Made by a program: the position numbers and the translations under genes. Below, piece by piece: positions 60,128 to 64,000 of a stretch of DNA of 64,000 nucleotides (positions within the stretch are counted from its first letter, which is position 1; each line of letters begins with the position of its first letter). Under the pieces are notes generated by a model, which was not told the origin of the DNA, did not search any database, and was given only the letters and a program-made list of their open reading frames with translations. The DNA comes from Myxococcota bacterium (GTDB lineage Bacteria > Myxococcota_A > Polyangia > Nannocystales > Nannocystaceae), in NCBI GenBank assembly GCA_039028615.1, contig JBCCHT010000035.1:72016-136015 (forward strand). The letters run 5' to 3'.

Positions 60128-63100
60128 GTGACCTCTCCTCTCGATCGCGTCAACGCAGCTCTCAGCCACTTCTTCGGCAGCTACCTCAGTGATGCCCAGC
60201 GCAAGATCCTTGCCGACCTCTCGCAAGGCGCCTCCTCCGGGGCGCTCGAGATCTTCGCGGGCACCTACAAGGCCTGGGCCGGCGGGGCGGTGTCCTGCAT
60301 CGGCAGCCACAGCGTGACCCCGAAATGGGGCATCCAGGCCGCCAACAAGGCCATTGCCTACAAACGGGGCAAGCCCAAGGCCACCAGCCTCGACCCGGGC
60401 TCGGGCGCCCATGCCCGGCCCCTCGTGTGGCTGCGCGAGGTCGCCGATGCCAAGGTCGATACCCAGGCCGAGATCGAGCGCATCATCCAGAACATCAACT
60501 ACTACACGTCCACCGTCGGCGGCGGGGCAGCCCGCGACGCCAAGGCCTGGGCGTCCGCGGTGCTCAAGGCTCGCGCGGCGGGAGAGATTCCCGACCACCT
60601 CGAGAAGCTCCACGCCGTCCCCAAGAGCTTCGCCAAGCTCACCGACGACCTGACGGAGCTGCGCCAGGTCTTCCACCACTTCTTCTCCTACAAGCAGGAC
60701 GGCAGCTACTACGCGCGTTGGGCCAAGACGCCCCACGACACGCCCGACAACCTCTCGAGCGATGCCAAGACGCTGACCATCACCGAGCTCCAGCTGCGGG
60801 CCGGCGAGGTCTACCTCTACGCGATCGTCCCCGAGGCCTTCCTCGCTGGCGGCGGCACCTCGAAGAACCGCTTTCGCGAGGTCGTGTGGAGCTTCAGCTT
60901 CAACGAGTCCAAGGTCAGCCGCGTCAGCGTCAAGCACACCGTCGCGTGTGCGGTCTCGGGCGCGGATTTCTACGACTTCATCGCGTTCCATGCCGACGAC
61001 GGGCTCCGCACCCTGCACACCAAGACCGGGCGCACGCTGGTCCCGGACTCGGCCGCGAAATCGATGACCCCGGGCATCGTGGACCTGCTCGCCTCCGCGC
61101 CCAGCGACCCCGCGAAGCGCAAGGCGTTCATCAAGGCCTCGGCCCACTCGGAGGGCAACGAGACCCACGTGCCCGTATTCCTCGAGCTGAACAAGGAAGG
61201 GCCGCTGCCCGAGGGCGTGGAGCTGTTTGGGCGCCCGGGTGAGCTGCTGCAGCTCGCGTCGGTGCCGATCGACGAGCTGGCTTCCCTGGCTGCCCTGCCG
61301 CACGTGGAGTGGGTCAGCGAGCCCACGCCGCTGGAGATGCGCAGCACCAACGCCGCCGCGCAGATCAACCTGAGCAAGGCCCCGCTCCTGTATCGCCATC
61401 GACCCATGATGAAGGGGCCGCTGGTCGAGAAGGTGCAGCAAGCCCTCAAGACGGCCGGGCACTACTCCGGCGGCATCGACGGCGAGTTCGGCGACAAGAC
61501 CAAGGCGGCCGTCGTCAAATTCCAGAAGGCCAAGTCGATCAAGGACGATGGGATCGTCGGACCCACCACCGCGAGCAAGATGGGCCTGACCTGGGATGCC
61601 GTCAACAAGCCCGGAGGCGCCGGAGTGGTCATCGGTGTCATCGACAGTGGCATTCACGGCACCCACCCCGCGTTCCGCGTGGGCGGAACCGCAGCGGGTG
61701 CGCCCCGCATCGTGAGCACCTGGGAGCCCAACGGCACCGGAACCGCCCCCGGACCACGCCTGGCCGGGCTGAACGGAGGGTACTTCGCCGGCACCTACGG
61801 CGAGACCGAGGGCGACAAGAAGCTCAACTCCAATCAGTGGCTCAACCGCGGGGCCGAGCTCGTGGGCGCAGCCACCAGCGGCATGCGGGACGGCAGCAGC
61901 GGGCACGGCACCCACGTCGCGGGCATCGCCGCCGGAACGGCCGTCGGGGGAGCCAACCCCTGCCCGGCCGGCATGGCGCCGCAGGCCAGCGTCGTGTCCA
62001 TCAAGGGCTACCACGACGGCAGCACCAGCAACCCCATCGAGACGGGCATCAACGACTGGCAGGTGATCCGTGCCATCGAGTACGTGCGGGAAATCGCCTC
62101 GCACCAGCCGAAGGTCAAGGACCCCAAGGGCGTCGATCAACCCGCGCCCGTGGTCATCAACATGAGCTTTGGCCACCACCAGCACGCGCACGACAGCACC
62201 GACAACCTGGCCAAGTGGCTCGATGGCTTCAGCATGCGCAACAGCGACAAGAGTCGCGTCAAGGGGGTCCTGCTGTGCGCTGCCGCGGGCAACGAGCGCG
62301 GCAAGGACTATCACCAGACGGTCAACGTGCCGAAGCAGAGCGGGGCCACCAAAGGCTCGTTCATCCTCAACGCCCGCATGGCACCGCGCATCGGTAGCGT
62401 GGCCAACATCGTGACGACCACGGGGCAAATCCGCGGCCCGCGGATCGAGGACGTCAACATCTGGATCGACAACCACAGCGACAGCAACACCGCCAGCGAC
62501 CTCGAGATCCAGGTCCAGTCCCAAGGCAGCGTGGTACAGACGGCCAACATCGCCCAGCGCGCCAACAACGACTTCGTGTGGAGCACGTTCCTCGGCGCGG
62601 GTGTTCATATCGGCATCTCTCACGGACCGAAGCGCGGCCGAAACAACCGCTTCAACCTCCGCGTGGTCATTCAGTCCGCGAAGGGGGTGGTCGCCCAGGC
62701 AGGGGGTTATCCGCTGCCCAATGTCGGCGGCACCTATGCCACCGTCAACGTCGACCGCAACGGTCAGATCATCGGCGGCGGCGGAGCTCCCATCGCGCTG
62801 TACCCGGTGGGGGCGTGGGTCTCCAACTCAGGCGGCACCGCCACCTTCCAGGACAACCGCAGCTGGCAGATCGTCATCCGCAACACCAACACCTCGCGGG
62901 CGCGCGTGGGCCATGCCTGGATGGGCAAGGAGAACTCGCGGTTCATGAACAATACGTTCACGACCCGCACGGGGGTCGATACCCATCTCATCTGTTCCCC
63001 CGCCCACTCGCCCGCCGTCATCTCCGTCGCAGCGACCACCAGCGACCTCAAGTTCAACACGGTGGGTGGTGCTCAGGATGACTCTCCGTGGGAGTGGGGT

Positions 63101-63556
63101 CCTCCGCCCGTGAACTCGCACGACGTCACCGGAGCGATCACGTCGTTCTCCAGCCCGGGACCGCTCAACACCACCCGCGCGGATCCTGGGGTCGATATCG
63201 CCGCGCCAGGATCGAACCTCATCGCAGCGCGAGGCACCTGGAACAGCTCCACCTCGTCGCTCATCGCCAAGAACGACAAGGACATCAACACCAACGCTCG
63301 CTATATGGCGGGCACGTCGATGGCGTCCCCGGTGGTGGCGGGGCTGCTGGCCAACATCTTGGCGGTCGAGCCCACGCTGACCGTCGAGGAGGTGCGGGAC
63401 CGCTTCAAACGCAGCAGCATCCCCACCAAGCTCAGCGACGGCACGGCCATGAGCGCAGCCGTCCGCAACAACCCGGTCGGCACTCTCGAGACGGGTGCAC
63501 CGCGCACGACCAACGACTGGGGCGAGGGCCTGCTCGACGCCCGGCGGATGAAGTAA
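60128..63556 (+). CDS. S8 subtilase with unknown N-terminal domain, prodomain and inserted peptidoglycan-binding domain
   Basis: GVIDSG, HGTHVAGIAAG, AAAGNE, DIAAPG, GTSMASPVVAG; PGBD V..VQ.AL...G......DG.FG..T..AV..FQ......DGIVGPTT. Confidence 0.92.
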   Translation: MTSPLDRVNAALSHFFGSYLSDAQRKILADLSQGASSGALEIFAGTYKAWAGGAVSCIGSHSVTPKWGIQAANKAIAYKRGKPKATSLDPGSGAHARPLVWLREVADAKVDTQAEIERIIQNINYYTSTVGGGAARDAKAWASAVLKARAAGEIPDHLEKLHAVPKSFAKLTDDLTELRQVFHHFFSYKQDGSYYARWAKTPHDTPDNLSSDAKTLTITELQLRAGEVYLYAIVPEAFLAGGGTSKNRFREVVWSFSFNESKVSRVSVKHTVACAVSGADFYDFIAFHADDGLRTLHTKTGRTLVPDSAAKSMTPGIVDLLASAPSDPAKRKAFIKASAHSEGNETHVPVFLELNKEGPLPEGVELFGRPGELLQLASVPIDELASLAALPHVEWVSEPTPLEMRSTNAAAQINLSKAPLLYRHRPMMKGPLVEKVQQALKTAGHYSGGIDGEFGDKTKAAVVKFQKAKSIKDDGIVGPTTASKMGLTWDAVNKPGGAGVVIGVIDSGIHGTHPAFRVGGTAAGAPRIVSTWEPNGTGTAPGPRLAGLNGGYFAGTYGETEGDKKLNSNQWLNRGAELVGAATSGMRDGSSGHGTHVAGIAAGTAVGGANPCPAGMAPQASVVSIKGYHDGSTSNPIETGINDWQVIRAIEYVREIASHQPKVKDPKGVDQPAPVVINMSFGHHQHAHDSTDNLAKWLDGFSMRNSDKSRVKGVLLCAAAGNERGKDYHQTVNVPKQSGATKGSFILNARMAPRIGSVANIVTTTGQIRGPRIEDVNIWIDNHSDSNTASDLEIQVQSQGSVVQTANIAQRANNDFVWSTFLGAGVHIGISHGPKRGRNNRFNLRVVIQSAKGVVAQAGGYPLPNVGGTYATVNVDRNGQIIGGGGAPIALYPVGAWVSNSGGTATFQDNRSWQIVIRNTNTSRARVGHAWMGKENSRFMNNTFTTRTGVDTHLICSPAHSPAVISVAATTSDLKFNTVGGAQDDSPWEWGPPPVNSHDVTGAITSFSSPGPLNTTRADPGVDIAAPGSNLIAARGTWNSSTSSLIAKNDKDINTNARYMAGTSMASPVVAGLLANILAVEPTLTVEEVRDRFKRSSIPTKLSDGTAMSAAVRNNPVGTLETGAPRTTNDWGEGLLDARRMK

Positions 63557-63876
63557 TGAGCGACTCGCCGCACCAGGGCCCCACGGGGCCCGATCACGTG
63601 GAGGTCGAGCACAGCGGGCTGCCCGAGGCCATCGCGGGCAAGTTCGGGCCCGACATCACCCGGGCGCTCTCCAACGACCTCACGGGCCCCTACGAGGTCA
63701 ACGTGCAGTTCGGGGAAGGCCGACCGAGCGACGAAGACCTCGACGCAATCGGCCTGTTCGCCATGCCGGGGGGCGACATGGCCTCGGGCCAGATCTCGCG
63801 TGCCGACCTCGTTCGCCTCGCGTCGCATCCTTCGGTCCTCGAAGTCTCGGGCTGGAGCACCTCGACACCTCGCTAG
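63556..63876 (+). CDS. Small protein (106 aa) resembling a free subtilase prodomain / I9-like inhibitor
   Basis: ATG overlaps the protease stop (TAATG). SGQISRADLVRLASHPSVLEVS resembles LASVPIDELASLAALPHVEWVS in the protease prodomain. Confidence 0.7.
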   Translation: MSDSPHQGPTGPDHVEVEHSGLPEAIAGKFGPDITRALSNDLTGPYEVNVQFGEGRPSDEDLDAIGLFAMPGGDMASGQISRADLVRLASHPSVLEVSGWSTSTPR

Positions 63877-64000
63877 CCGGTCATCGCCTTCGCTTCGACG
63901 GACGCGGGGGGCGCGCGCCGGCGCCGCGGGGGGGGTTGGGGCGGGTTGCCCCCCCCAAACGCAGCGGGACGCGCGCCCGGCGCCGGCCCGCGGCGCCCCC

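Noticed and set aside
63890..64000. G/C homopolymer-rich tail as a G-quadruplex or terminator
   Set aside because: Low-complexity sequence at the window edge that resembles low-quality or contig-end sequence; it cannot be supported without reads.

Overview
GC-rich, gene-dense window that looks myxobacterial: a MYXO-CTERM protein, many Cys-anchored lipoproteins, and three Ser/Thr kinases with TPR or WD40 sensors. A Nannocystaceae-like origin is plausible but is inference. I saw no rRNA, tRNA, CRISPR array or transposase. In order, it holds: (1) the end of an isoprenoid-tailoring cluster (partial polyprenyl synthetase, APH-like kinase, two paralogous P450s lacking the I-helix Thr, FMO, FkbM methyltransferase); (2) an apparently AT-richer segment with a lectin-propeller/LGFP/unknown-domain protein; (3) a kinase-TPR, scramblase, SIR2-TPR protein, kinase-WD40-FGE protein and several lipoproteins; (4) an SdpA/SdpB(HTTM)-like pair with a membrane metallopeptidase, astacin-ricin protease, GST/WYL pair and matrixin; (5) a predicted beta-barrel protein and a (Gly-Asp-Ala)n collagen-like protein; (6) a kinase/ECF pair, a caspase-fold lipoprotein with Cys->Ser, a MutS-V-only ATPase, DUF2330 and an esterase; (7) a three-gene operon at 57596-63876 (uncharacterised ~826-aa protein, subtilase with an unknown N-terminal domain and inserted peptidoglycan-binding domain, translationally coupled free prodomain-like protein). 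That operon is my best candidate for an undescribed system, and its first protein appears remotely related to the C-terminal half of the lectin/LGFP protein at 7962-11894. All family calls come from reading motifs by eye; no searches were run.
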